Positions 1 to 8,126 of a DNA stretch of 64,000 nt are shown here, one piece after another. The stretch is from a virus (taxonomy: Duplodnaviria; Caudoviricetes): the IMG/VR virus record IMGVR_UViG_2695421015_000001, positions 61,537 through 125,536 of that record; one strand, given 5' to 3'. The notes under the pieces were generated by a model. That model saw only the letters and a list, made by a program, of their open reading frames with translations. It made no database searches and was not told the origin of the DNA. How positions within the stretch are numbered: the stretch's first letter is position 1; the number at the start of each line of letters is the position of its first letter. The translations under genes and the position numbers were made by a program.

Positions 1-9
1 CTTGGACAT

Positions 10-88
10 GGTGGTCTCCTTGGACTGATGCGGAAGTGCATCGTGACGCGGCGACATGCGCCGCGCTGCGATGGGCTCCGATCAGTCG
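10..88 (-). repeat. Intergenic hairpin + RBS repeat, copy 1 (copy 2 at 741-818)
   Basis: Near-identical to 741-818; long imperfect hairpin with CAUGU loop followed by CAAGGAGACCACC-ATG on the minus strand. Confidence 0.9.
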
Positions 89-384
89 CGTACCGGCCAG
101 CCGCGCTCGGCGGCGAGCTTCTTGGCTTGGTCGATGACATCCATCGAGGGCAGGCGTCCTTCGAGGCATACGCAGAGCGCGACGCCGGCAGCCGGCGTAT
201 GCAGGTGGCCGCGCTCTTTCGTGACGGCGACGGGCCGTGTGTCGGCGATGCCGACAACCTTCTCCTTCTCGATCACGAGAATGTCCCCGGTCTCGACCGG
301 GTACTCGCCGTCGAAGGCGAAGTGAATGCCGGTCTGACAGGCATCGTAGGCGTCGCCGCTGGTGGGGAATGTGTGGGTGCTCAT
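82..384 (-). CDS. Hypothetical phage protein (100 aa, MSTHTFPTSG...)
   Basis: ATG at 384 preceded by CAAGGAGACC RBS; C-terminal part of ORF 82..771. Confidence 0.8.
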   Translation of the reverse strand: MSTHTFPTSGDAYDACQTGIHFAFDGEYPVETGDILVIEKEKVVGIADTRPVAVTKERGHLHTPAAGVALCVCLEGRLPSMDVIDQAKKLAAERGWPVRD

Positions 385-434
385 GGTGACGGTCTCCTTG
401 GGTTGACGTTCTGCGAAAACGATGGGTGAGGGGA

Positions 435-740
435 TCAGACGTATTCGATGGCGACGACGACGCCGGTGGTCATGAAGATTTCGGCGGCGTGGGCGCAGGC
501 GATCTCCATGTCGGGGACGACCTCGCCGGCGACGACCAGCTTGATCGCCTTGCGCTCGGCCATGTCGATGCCGGTGCCGATCGCGTCGAGCAGGTTGGTC
601 GCGTAGTAGGCGCTGGTCTCGGTCTTGGCGCCCTTGAAGTTGACGATGTACTCGCCGTCGACCGACTTGATGGTCATGCCGTGCTTGGCCAGGATCGCGC
701 GGGCTTGGTGGATCGTGTAGTTGGTTCTGGTTCCAGCCAT
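435..740 (-). CDS. Hypothetical phage protein
   Basis: ORF with CAAGGAGACCACC RBS and phage-like codon usage. Confidence 0.8.
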   Translation of the reverse strand: MAGTRTNYTIHQARAILAKHGMTIKSVDGEYIVNFKGAKTETSAYYATNLLDAIGTGIDMAERKAIKLVVAGEVVPDMEIACAHAAEIFMTTGVVVAIEYV

Positions 741-818
741 GGTGGTCTCCTTGGGTGATGCGGAAGTGCATCGTGGGACGGCGACATGCGCCGTCCGTCG
801 ATGAACTCGGATCAGTCG
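741..818 (-). repeat. Intergenic hairpin + RBS repeat, copy 2
   Basis: Matches 10-88 with compensatory stem substitutions. Confidence 0.9.
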
Positions 819-1027
819 ATGGTCTTGAAGCCGTGGCGGGCGGCCGCCGTCACGTCGCCGGTCTTGGCCATGCCGGACAGGTGCAGGCCGAACACCGCAG
901 TGAAGCGGCCGTCGCGATTGCAGACGACCAGCGGCATCATCTGGTCGAGGCCCGTGGTCGCGAGTGCCTTCATCAGGTTCGCTTCGGTGGCGTAGCTCTT
1001 GGCGTTGTCGATATCGAGTATGCTCAT
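812..1027 (-). CDS. Hypothetical phage protein (MSILDIDNAKSYATEANL...)
   Basis: ORF in the leftward array; ATG at 1027. Confidence 0.75.
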   Translation of the reverse strand: MSILDIDNAKSYATEANLMKALATTGLDQMMPLVVCNRDGRFTAVFGLHLSGMAKTGDVTAAARHGFKTID

Positions 1028-1038
1028 GGCGGTCACTC

Positions 1039-1107
1039 TCACTTGCCGTTGCGGTAGCGCTGGAGTTCGAGCTTGCGGATCAGGGCGATGATTTGCTTGC
1101 GTGACAT
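1039..1107 (-). CDS. 22-aa basic micropeptide MSRKQIIALIRKLELQRYRNGK
   Basis: Read manually; preceded by the same CAAGGAGACCAC RBS; below the ORF-track cutoff. Confidence 0.65.
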   Translation of the reverse strand: MSRKQIIALIRKLELQRYRNGK

Positions 1108-1140
1108 GGTGTGGTCTCCTTGATGGTTGGTGGTGGAATG

Positions 1141-1166
1141 AAAAGGCCCCGCTGCGAACGGGGCCT
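1141..1166 (-). terminator. Intrinsic terminator-like hairpin (loop UUCGCA)
   Basis: GGCCCCG-TTCGCAG-CGGGGCC-TTTT on minus strand; similar copy at 1584-1608. Confidence 0.7.
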
Positions 1167-1190
1167 GTCGGGGATGGGATGGGGATTGGA

Positions 1191-1556
1191 TCAGCCGCGG
1201 CCGCGACCGCACTTCATCTTGCGCTTGCCGCCCTTGGCCTTGCCCTTTGTCGAGCGATAGCCCTTGCCGCTGTCCATCTCGCTCGCCCAGATCGCGTCAT
1301 CGACCCGCACATGCTGCCTTTCGATGGCGTCAAACACGCGATAGCAGGCGTCAGAGAACTCGAGGTCCAGGTCGCGCAGCCTATCGAGTGCGGCGTCCCG
1401 GGCGTCGATATCCTTGTAAGTCTCGCAGGGCATCGCCTTGATGGCGCGGGCGGCGGCGAGGGAAGCGACCTCGCCGGCCTTCGTGGCTGCGCGGAAGGCG
1501 GCGTTCATCTTGGTTTCGGCTTTCTTGGCGGTGGCAATGATGGTCTGGACGTTCAT
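1191..1556 (-). CDS. Hypothetical protein with basic C-terminus
   Basis: ORF with CAAGGAGACCAC RBS. Confidence 0.8.
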   Translation of the reverse strand: MNVQTIIATAKKAETKMNAAFRAATKAGEVASLAAARAIKAMPCETYKDIDARDAALDRLRDLDLEFSDACYRVFDAIERQHVRVDDAIWASEMDSGKGYRSTKGKAKGGKRKMKCGRGRG

Positions 1557-1583
1557 GGGTGGTCTCCTTGAGTTGCAGGCATG

Positions 1584-1608
1584 AAAAAGGCCCGCTGCGA
1601 ATGGGGCC
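1584..1608 (-). terminator. Intrinsic terminator-like hairpin (loop UUCGCA)
   Basis: GGCCCC-ATTCGCAGC-GGGCC-TTTTT on minus strand. Confidence 0.6.
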
Positions 1609-1631
1609 GGTGATGGTCGGTGGTGGTGGGG

Positions 1632-1916
1632 TCAGCGGCGCAGGCTGGCGGGTCCGCCTTTGCCCTTGGGCGCCTCGCGCCAAACGTCGGGGTACTTGGC
1701 CATGATCGCTTTCTTGTTCTGGTAGAAGCCCTCGCAGGCGACGCGAAAGAACTCGACGCCGTCGCGGCAGAAGATCACGAAGGCGGTGTCGGGGATGGAC
1801 CGGAACGATCCGGCGGTGCGGTAGCAGGCGTCCTCGCCAGCCATCGGGATGCTGTCCTTCGAGGTGACGAGTCTGCCGCGGTTCCAGATTTGGCAGATGG
1901 CAGTGAACTTGCTCAT
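1632..1916 (-). CDS. Hypothetical phage protein
   Basis: ORF with CAAGGAGACCACC RBS. Confidence 0.8.
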   Translation of the reverse strand: MSKFTAICQIWNRGRLVTSKDSIPMAGEDACYRTAGSFRSIPDTAFVIFCRDGVEFFRVACEGFYQNKKAIMAKYPDVWREAPKGKGGPASLRR

Positions 1917-1964
1917 GGTGGTCTCCTTGTGTGAGGTAGGGTGGAAGATCAGGGTGATGGTGGA

Positions 1965-2168
1965 TCAGCAGAGCGCGGAAGCAACGCAGTGCGCGTTTTC
2001 CCAGACGTTGCGGCAATCGGCGAGGCGGAGTTGATCCGCGATCACCTTGCGGATGTGCGTCTTGCTGTGCGTCTTGGGGCAGCACTTTTTGTAGAAGTTG
2101 TTTTTGAGCAGCGCCTGTTCGACGTTATCGATGCGGCGCTTGCTGATGGCGGTGGTCTTGGTAGCCAT
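1965..2168 (-). CDS. Hypothetical Cys/His-containing protein, first gene of the leftward array
   Basis: ORF with CAAGGAGACCACC RBS. Confidence 0.75.
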   Translation of the reverse strand: MATKTTAISKRRIDNVEQALLKNNFYKKCCPKTHSKTHIRKVIADQLRLADCRNVWENAHCVASALC

Positions 2169-2190
2169 GGTGGTCTCCTTGGTTTGGGTT

Positions 2191-2293
2191 GCTTAGATCG
2201 GAGCGTCGCTATGCGGCGCTCCGAGCTAAGCCCGCGCCCATGCTGCGACATGGGCGGGGTTAGCTGGCCGCGCGGCTTAATGGAGCCGCGCGA
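2191..2293 (-). promoter_or_regulatory. Three consecutive hairpins forming a structured 5' leader of the leftward operon
   Basis: Inverted repeats cttag..ggagcg/cgctcc..ctaag, gcccatg/catgggc and cgcgcggct/agccgcgcg. Confidence 0.55.
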
Positions 2294-3316
2294 TCTCAGT
2301 GCATCTCTCTTCCTGTTCGGTACTGCGGCCCGGTATTCGGCAATCCTGCGCGGCTACTACGGTCACGATGGACATTCGCCGGCGGCGTCTATGGCGCGCT
2401 CTTGGATGTTAGCCTATTGGCGCGGCCCGCCTTGCTAGAGCGGCGCGTCAAAACCTTATCGGCATTCGCGAGGGGAAAAGAGGCAAACAACATAGCCCTT
2501 GAACCATTTGCTTTGACGCCGCGCGATTGCGCGGGGCGGAAGAGTTGGCGGGATATGCCTTGGGTTATGAGAGGATAGGAGCGCGGGAGATACTGGAGTC
2601 GCATTGTTGACTAAGCGATGAGTCGCTATGCAGCTAATGGGACCGTCGGCAGGGTTCCTTACCGGGCTTTCGCTTAGCCCCTCCGACAACAAAATTGGAC
2701 AGCGCGCGCAATGCGCTGTTGCGACCACTTTTCGGCCGCGTCCTTTATCCTTTCTACTTGTCAAACAGCCCGCCCCTGCAAGCGGCCCCCGCTACTACGG
2801 CCCAATGGGCATTGGCGGGAACCTTGGGGCTTTGGGGCCGGAGGCTTGCGCGCCCCCGGTCCCGGCCCCCGGGGAGGCGGGTAAACCCGCCCCCGACGGG
2901 GAGACATATATATGCACCTAACCGGTGCAAAGGAAAAGCGCTATTTTTGCCCCGCTAACCCGTTGAAATATAACGATTTTTGCCCCGGAAAAAGGGGCCG
3001 AAACGGCCCAAACGGCCCAAATGCCCCCGAATCTGCCCTGCCGGGGGCGGGTTAGAAGCCCCTAGGGGGCGAGTTGACCGGGGCAGGGGGAAAGGCCCGC
3101 CCAAAGGCCTAGCCCGCGCGGGGAGCGGCCCTAGCCCGCCCCATGGGGCAAGCGAATGCGGGGGCAGGGGAAAGAGCAGGGGCAGGGAACGGCGCAAAGC
3201 CGGAACCATGCCCGGGATAGAACCGGGCATAACCGGGCAGGATGTCGCCGTGATCCGGCGGGACATCGCGGACCGGCGATTCTCTCTGACGCCAGCAATC
3301 GCAATAACCCGTTCTT

Positions 3317-3329
3317 TATCAGCCGCTTA
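3317..3329 (+). promoter_or_regulatory. IHF-consensus site
   Basis: TATCAGCCGCTTA fits WATCARNNNNTTR; a 1-mismatch copy lies on the minus strand at 2956-2968. Confidence 0.4.
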
Positions 3330-3346
3330 ACATGATTCCCGTAGGC

Positions 3347-3413
3347 TGTCCCACGGAGGCGGAATGTCCCAAATGTCCCAAATGTCCCGCCAATGTCCCA
3401 TGCGGGATGTCCC
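3347..3413 (+). repeat. Array of six TGTCCC hexamers (partly 9-bp periodic)
   Basis: TGTCCC at 3347, 3365, 3374, 3383, 3394 and 3408. Confidence 0.9.
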
Positions 3414-3484
3414 ATCGTGGAGCCCGATCTGTGGCTTTCGGGACTCACCTCTGGAACCGAAAATCAGGTAGGAGACGATCTCGC

Positions 3485-4090
3485 ATGACGACCAACCCAG
3501 ACACCCCACGCGGCCCATCCGTCCGCCTGACCGAGGACATCCTCCAGAACGGGGGACTGACCTGCATCTGGCTCGACCGCATCGCCGGCCAGGATCAGCA
3601 CACGCGGCTCGCGCTGCGCTCCACCGCCGTCGGCCGACGCTCCAAGGGCGAGAGGATCTGGTTCCGCAGCGGGCGCGAGGCCGAGAAGGTCAAGACGGCG
3701 ATCCTGTCCCGGTGCTTCGAGGCGGTGCGCAACAGGGACAGCCTCTACATCAAACGCCCGCTGGATCAGGTGCTTGAGCTGGTGGGCAAGACCGCTTTCT
3801 CGCTCGGGATCACGCCGATCAGCGACGCCGACCTGGCTGTCACCTTTGACAGCATCAACCGCAGGATCGACGCCGCGATCGCCCGCATGCAGCGGGACGG
3901 CAGCATGAAGCGGATCAACCGCGAATACGCCGAACTGCGCAAATCGGGCGGGACATCGGGCGGGACAAGGGACGGGACAAACGGGACATCCGGGACATTA
4001 CCCCTACCTCCGTACAGCGAATGGCTTGTCGGACGGCTCGGAAACGAGATTTCCAGTTGCACTGATTTGGTGCATCTCACGCGATTGTGA
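3485..4090 (+). CDS. Hypothetical protein, possibly DNA-binding
   Basis: AGGAG RBS then ATG at 3485; in frame with ORF 3332..4090. Confidence 0.7.
   Translation: MTTNPDTPRGPSVRLTEDILQNGGLTCIWLDRIAGQDQHTRLALRSTAVGRRSKGERIWFRSGREAEKVKTAILSRCFEAVRNRDSLYIKRPLDQVLELVGKTAFSLGITPISDADLAVTFDSINRRIDAAIARMQRDGSMKRINREYAELRKSGGTSGGTRDGTNGTSGTLPLPPYSEWLVGRLGNEISSCTDLVHLTRL
3950..3997 (-). repeat. Array of five GGGACA hexamers, inverted relative to 3347-3413
   Basis: GGGACA at 3950, 3962, 3974, 3983 and 3992, inside the CDS 3' end. Confidence 0.9.
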
Positions 4091-4569
4091 TCGTTGCAAG
4101 TAATCCAATGATACCAGCGGTTACTTCAGCTTTTCCGACAATGCACCAATCTCTCGCCAAAAATAACGCTTGAAAAACTCATCGAAAACATGGCCTACAC
4201 ACGCGCAGACGCGGCCACCACTGTGTCGAGAGCTAGGGCGATAGCCCGAAGCGACTCTCTCAGACCTTCAGGGGTGGTGTGGTCTACTCCTTAAAAGATA
4301 CTCATAGCCCCGCCCCCGACGGGTTGATGTAGCGCGCCTCAAGCGCGCGCACACGCAGACCACTTCCCCATTGAGAGGCAAGACCCGGTTGGTCTCGCGT
4401 CCGTCTGCCTCTCATACGCACGGAGCCGGGCCGGTTGGCCCTCCAGTTGACGGCTCGGCTCCAGTGCGCTGCCCCGACGCCCGAAACGGCAAATCGGGGT
4501 CAAAACCATTAGCGACTTTGTCGCTGCCCCCAGAAGCCTAACCCCACATCGTTGATCGGACCCCACCCG

Positions 4570-4971
4570 ATGACATCGAAGACACCCGTCGGCGATCAGC
4601 CGTTTTCGTTCACTGTCGATCCGCAGCCCGTCGACTACGGCACCATCGGCAACATCCGGTTCTCGCCTTCGCATGTCGGCGCCGCCTTCGAGGTGCCGCA
4701 TGTTGCGATCGCCGAAAGGCTGCACGCCGCCGGCATCATCCCGCCGACGACGGACGAGATCGTTGCTGCTGCCGTCGCTGACAACGCTCGCCGTGACAAG
4801 CAGCCCGCCTCCGACGAGGCGCTGCGCGATCACTTCGCGGGGCAGGCGCTGCCGACCACCCTCGGATGGGCGATCAAGATGGGCGGTCACACTCCAGCCG
4901 TGGCGGCTGATCTCGCCTACGACGTCGCCGACGCCATGATGGCCGAGCGCGCCCGCAGGAGCGCGCGGTGA
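4570..4971 (+). CDS. Phage protein with LRDxFAxQA...AYxxADAM motif
   Basis: Common small phage protein motif; start of the rightward overlapping gene string. Confidence 0.75.
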   Translation: MTSKTPVGDQPFSFTVDPQPVDYGTIGNIRFSPSHVGAAFEVPHVAIAERLHAAGIIPPTTDEIVAAAVADNARRDKQPASDEALRDHFAGQALPTTLGWAIKMGGHTPAVAADLAYDVADAMMAERARRSAR

Positions 4972-5294
4972 TGCCGAAGCATCCGTCCGAAACCAAAACC
5001 GACTGGTTGAAGCGGCTGGCGCGGGTCGCGTTCGATCAATGCCAGACGCCGCCCTACTTCGACGGCATGTTCGCGATCTCGACCGGCGTCATCAAGGTCG
5101 ATCGCAAGATGTACCCGACGCAGGTCTACCTGCGGATCAAGACCGGCAACGATGAGAACCGGGTGTCGACCCAGATCGACATGACCTGGAAGGAAGTCGA
5201 GAGGCTTCACGACCAGCTTGGCGCAGCCCTCAAGCAGCGCGCGGCGCTCAAGAAAAAACTCGAGCCCTATCGCGACGGGTACGTGGCGCCGTGA
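4968..5294 (+). CDS. Hypothetical protein
   Basis: ORF coupled to neighbours. Confidence 0.7.
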   Translation: MMPKHPSETKTDWLKRLARVAFDQCQTPPYFDGMFAISTGVIKVDRKMYPTQVYLRIKTGNDENRVSTQIDMTWKEVERLHDQLGAALKQRAALKKKLEPYRDGYVAP

Positions 5295-5539
5295 CCATGC
5301 ACATCCAGTTCGAGGGTCTGGCCGACTACCCGTTCTACGCGGTCGCCGTCTGCCCGAACGAGAACGATAACTGGTTCTGCGCCGGACAGTCCCGTGCGGC
5401 AGCACTTGCCGCATTCGAGGTCGGCCTCAAGCAGTTTCCCAAGCCGGCCTATCGCGTCGTGGCCAGGTTCGACCCCGAGCGGCTGAAGAAGGATCTCGCG
5501 CTCTTCGCGATGCCGAGCCCGTCAGGGTGCGCGCATTGA
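5291..5539 (+). CDS. Hypothetical protein
   Basis: ORF coupled to neighbours. Confidence 0.65.
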   Translation: MTMHIQFEGLADYPFYAVAVCPNENDNWFCAGQSRAAALAAFEVGLKQFPKPAYRVVARFDPERLKKDLALFAMPSPSGCAH

Positions 5540-6000
5540 GCGCCAGCGAGCTGGAGCAACTGCGCGATCGCGTCGCGATGCTTGAGGACATCCTCGGCGT
5601 CGGCCAGTCGATGGTGGCGCGGCTTCGCGCTGCATTCGACATGCAGCCGGCCGAGGGCCGCGTGCTCGGCATGCTGCTGAACCGGCAGCTGATCACCAAG
5701 GACGCGATCTACAACATGCTCTACGGGCACAAGCCCGAGTGCGACCAGCCGGTCTGGAAGTCGATCGACGTGGTGATCCACAAGGTGCGCAAGAAGCTGC
5801 GCGCCCACGACATCGAGTTCGTCTGCATCATCGGCGAGGGCTACACGATGAAGCCCGAGCACAAGCTCAAGGTCCGCGAGCATCTCGGTCTGTATGAGGG
5901 CGAGGGCGATCAGCCCAAGCAGCCGGCACCCTTCGAGAACACAGACTTCCCGACCATTGCGCTCGCAAGGCCGCCGCGGGTCACCAAGGTCTACCGGTGA
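5527..6000 (+). CDS. OmpR/CtrA-type winged-helix DNA-binding protein lacking a receiver domain
   Basis: ITKDAIYNMLYG..QPVWKSIDVVIHKVRKKL..IIGEGY resembles the CtrA C-terminal domain (LTKE..LYGG..PELKIIDVFICKLRKKL..VWGRGY). Confidence 0.8.
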   Translation: MRALSASELEQLRDRVAMLEDILGVGQSMVARLRAAFDMQPAEGRVLGMLLNRQLITKDAIYNMLYGHKPECDQPVWKSIDVVIHKVRKKLRAHDIEFVCIIGEGYTMKPEHKLKVREHLGLYEGEGDQPKQPAPFENTDFPTIALARPPRVTKVYR

Positions 6001-6007
6001 CGGTCTG

Positions 6008-6205
6008 ATGCCATACGAGAATCCTCCCCCTGCCGATCTTGCCCTGCAACTGGACGAGATCGACCGCCTCATCGACGACCTTCGCTTCAAGCAGTTCGAG
6101 ACGCTGCTCAAGCTCGCCGAGAACCAGATCAAAAGGGGTGTCGATCCCCTTGAGGCGATCGGTCGCGTTCGCAAGACGCTCAGAACGCTCAGCAACTTCA
6201 GCTGA
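6008..6205 (+). CDS. Hypothetical protein
   Basis: ATG at 6008 within ORF 5894..6205. Confidence 0.6.
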   Translation: MPYENPPPADLALQLDEIDRLIDDLRFKQFETLLKLAENQIKRGVDPLEAIGRVRKTLRTLSNFS

Positions 6206-6237
6206 GCGCAGGTCTACCCAGAGAACCAGAGGCTTCC

Positions 6238-6909
6238 ATGAGCTATTACGAGCACCAGCCGTCGGAAGATCTGCCCCAGCCCGACGACACGACGCACGAC
6301 GTCACCTGGCTGCGACGTGTGGCGGTGGTATTCCTGATCGCGGTGCTGGCCTGCATCGCCCTTGCCGTCTTCGTCACGCACAAGACCATTCCCAACCGGC
6401 CGCAGGTAGCGGTCGTGGCGACACCGTCGCCTGAAATCAACACCGCAGAGAGCGAAGGGAAGGCGGCTACCTCGATCGAGGACAACGCGGCGCCTTCCCA
6501 CTCTGTGCTCGACGAAGACTGGCACCCGTACCTCAAGGGTACGCTGGACGCTCCCGCGCCAGAGGCGCCCGTCGCCGACGAGGCGCCAGCGCCCGTCGCC
6601 AACGAAGTCACCGCGCCGGAGTTTCAACAGTCGGGACCGGAAACGACCCCGGCTGTTGAAACCGCACCCGTCGCGGACGCTGCTCTGCCTCGCGCAACCG
6701 CTGCCGACGAGGCGCAACACGCGCACGATCATCCGGCGCACCGGCGGCGCCATCACTACCATCGCCCCCACCACCACTACCATCATCAGCCTCAGCCTCA
6801 GCCTCGGCGCCACGTCTCGGCCTGCCCGGACTACGCGATCGACTACTACGATCCGTTCGCGGCGCTGTTCCATGGCATCGAGTGTCTCATCGAAGAGATG
6901 ATCCAATAG
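6238..6909 (+). CDS. Single-pass membrane protein with Pro/Ala-rich linker and His-rich segment
   Basis: TM VAVVFLIAVLACIALAVFV; HRRRHHYHRPHHHYHH tract. Confidence 0.7.
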   Translation: MSYYEHQPSEDLPQPDDTTHDVTWLRRVAVVFLIAVLACIALAVFVTHKTIPNRPQVAVVATPSPEINTAESEGKAATSIEDNAAPSHSVLDEDWHPYLKGTLDAPAPEAPVADEAPAPVANEVTAPEFQQSGPETTPAVETAPVADAALPRATAADEAQHAHDHPAHRRRHHYHRPHHHYHHQPQPQPRRHVSACPDYAIDYYDPFAALFHGIECLIEEMIQ

Positions 6910-7071
6910 GGCTTGGGAGCGTCGCGCGTCTCCGACGGCCTCAAAGCCTTGGAGTGTTCCGTCGGGCCTTCCGAGGCCTAGCGGGAGCCCTCGCCGGGTG
7001 CCGTGGGGGCCACCTGGAGCGAAAACAGCGGCACTAATTCGATATCGTCCACCACCTGAAAGCATCCCCAC

Positions 7072-7386
7072 ATGCTTCCCAAATCTGCACCGCAGCGGCA
7101 GGTCTACTACACCCGCAAGCAGTTGCGCTGGTTCAAGCGCGGTCAGAAGACGCAAGCCTACTACGCTGGCGCTCACGCTGATCCCGGCAAGCTCGAAGGC
7201 CCCGAGGCCGACAAGGCTCTCGCGGCGCGCGACAAGCGCGCTCGCAAGAACGCCAAGCGCGCCGACGACGCCATGCATGCTGCCATCTGCGAGCGTCAGG
7301 CGCGCGAGGCTCTGGACGGCGGCCTTCCGCGCGGCCTGTGGAGCGCCGGCGTCTACAGCCACGTCTTCGGCGGGCCGGTCGCATGA
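7072..7386 (+). CDS. Hypothetical basic protein
   Basis: ORF with phage-like codon usage. Confidence 0.65.
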   Translation: MLPKSAPQRQVYYTRKQLRWFKRGQKTQAYYAGAHADPGKLEGPEADKALAARDKRARKNAKRADDAMHAAICERQAREALDGGLPRGLWSAGVYSHVFGGPVA

Positions 7387-7535
7387 ACGGCCAGCCCACA
7401 CTGGTCCGCGTCGAGCAGCATCAGCTTGCGTCGAGGAACATCGACGGCGCGCTGATGTATCCCGGCACGTGGAAGTTCACCTGGGTCAAGGCGCCCCACA
7501 TGCCGTGGGTGCTGGTTCGGATGGAGCAGGCGTGA
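7383..7535 (+). CDS. Hypothetical protein
   Basis: ATGA overlap with upstream gene. Confidence 0.55.
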   Translation: MNGQPTLVRVEQHQLASRNIDGALMYPGTWKFTWVKAPHMPWVLVRMEQA

Positions 7536-7774
7536 TGGACATCGCCAAGCGCATCCGCGCCGTGAACTATTACACCGAGGTTGATGGTTACCGTCGGCCC
7601 GACGGCTTCATCATCGAGGTCCTCAACGACAACTGCGAGTGGGTCGGCCTGCCGGTCGTCGACAGGATGCGTGAGCCCGGGGCGTTCTACGACGTCAAGC
7701 GCTTCGCTCGGCCGGCGCCGAAGAAGGCCAAGGCGCGCAAGCCCAAGGCATCCAAGAAGGCTCGCCGCCGATGA
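7535..7774 (+). CDS. Hypothetical protein with basic tail
   Basis: TGATG coupling; C-terminal part of ORF 6998..7774. Confidence 0.6.
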   Translation: MDIAKRIRAVNYYTEVDGYRRPDGFIIEVLNDNCEWVGLPVVDRMREPGAFYDVKRFARPAPKKAKARKPKASKKARRR

Positions 7775-7887
7775 ACTTTTACCACTTCCTCCTCGCCGCG
7801 TTTGCGATCTACGCGATGTTTAGCGCGGCTGACGCGCTGCATCGCATCGCCGCTGCTGTCGAGACTATCGCGGGCGAGGACGAATGA
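7771..7887 (+). CDS. Small hydrophobic peptide (38 aa)
   Basis: Read manually; ATGA overlaps at both ends. Confidence 0.55.
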   Translation: MNFYHFLLAAFAIYAMFSAADALHRIAAAVETIAGEDE

Positions 7888-8126
7888 GCGTCCGAACCAT
7901 CCCCGCCCAGCACCTGATCGTTTGCGATCGGTGCGGTGGCGAGGCCACGATCTCGGATATTAGGCTCGTCCCGGACGAGTGGATCACGATCGAAAAGACA
8001 CGCAACGGCGGCACGCTTAACTACTACGCTCTGTGCCCGGGTTGCGTGCCGGCCTTCAATGATCTCTTCAAGAAGCCGTCGGCGACGGGGCGTCGCACGC
8101 TGGCTTCGACGGAGATCGAGCGGTGA
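7884..8126 (+). CDS. Zinc-ribbon protein
   Basis: CDRC...CPGC. Confidence 0.65.
   Translation: MSVRTIPAQHLIVCDRCGGEATISDIRLVPDEWITIEKTRNGGTLNYYALCPGCVPAFNDLFKKPSATGRRTLASTEIER

Noticed and set aside
1-2200. Repeats considered as a CRISPR array or integron attC sites
   Set aside because: The spacers are whole genes of variable length; no cas or intI gene, and no RYYYAAC/GTTRRRY boxes.
2389-3330. ORF-track ORFs in the control region
   Set aside because: Pro/Gly/Arg-rich translations, no RBS and atypical codon usage; treated as non-coding.
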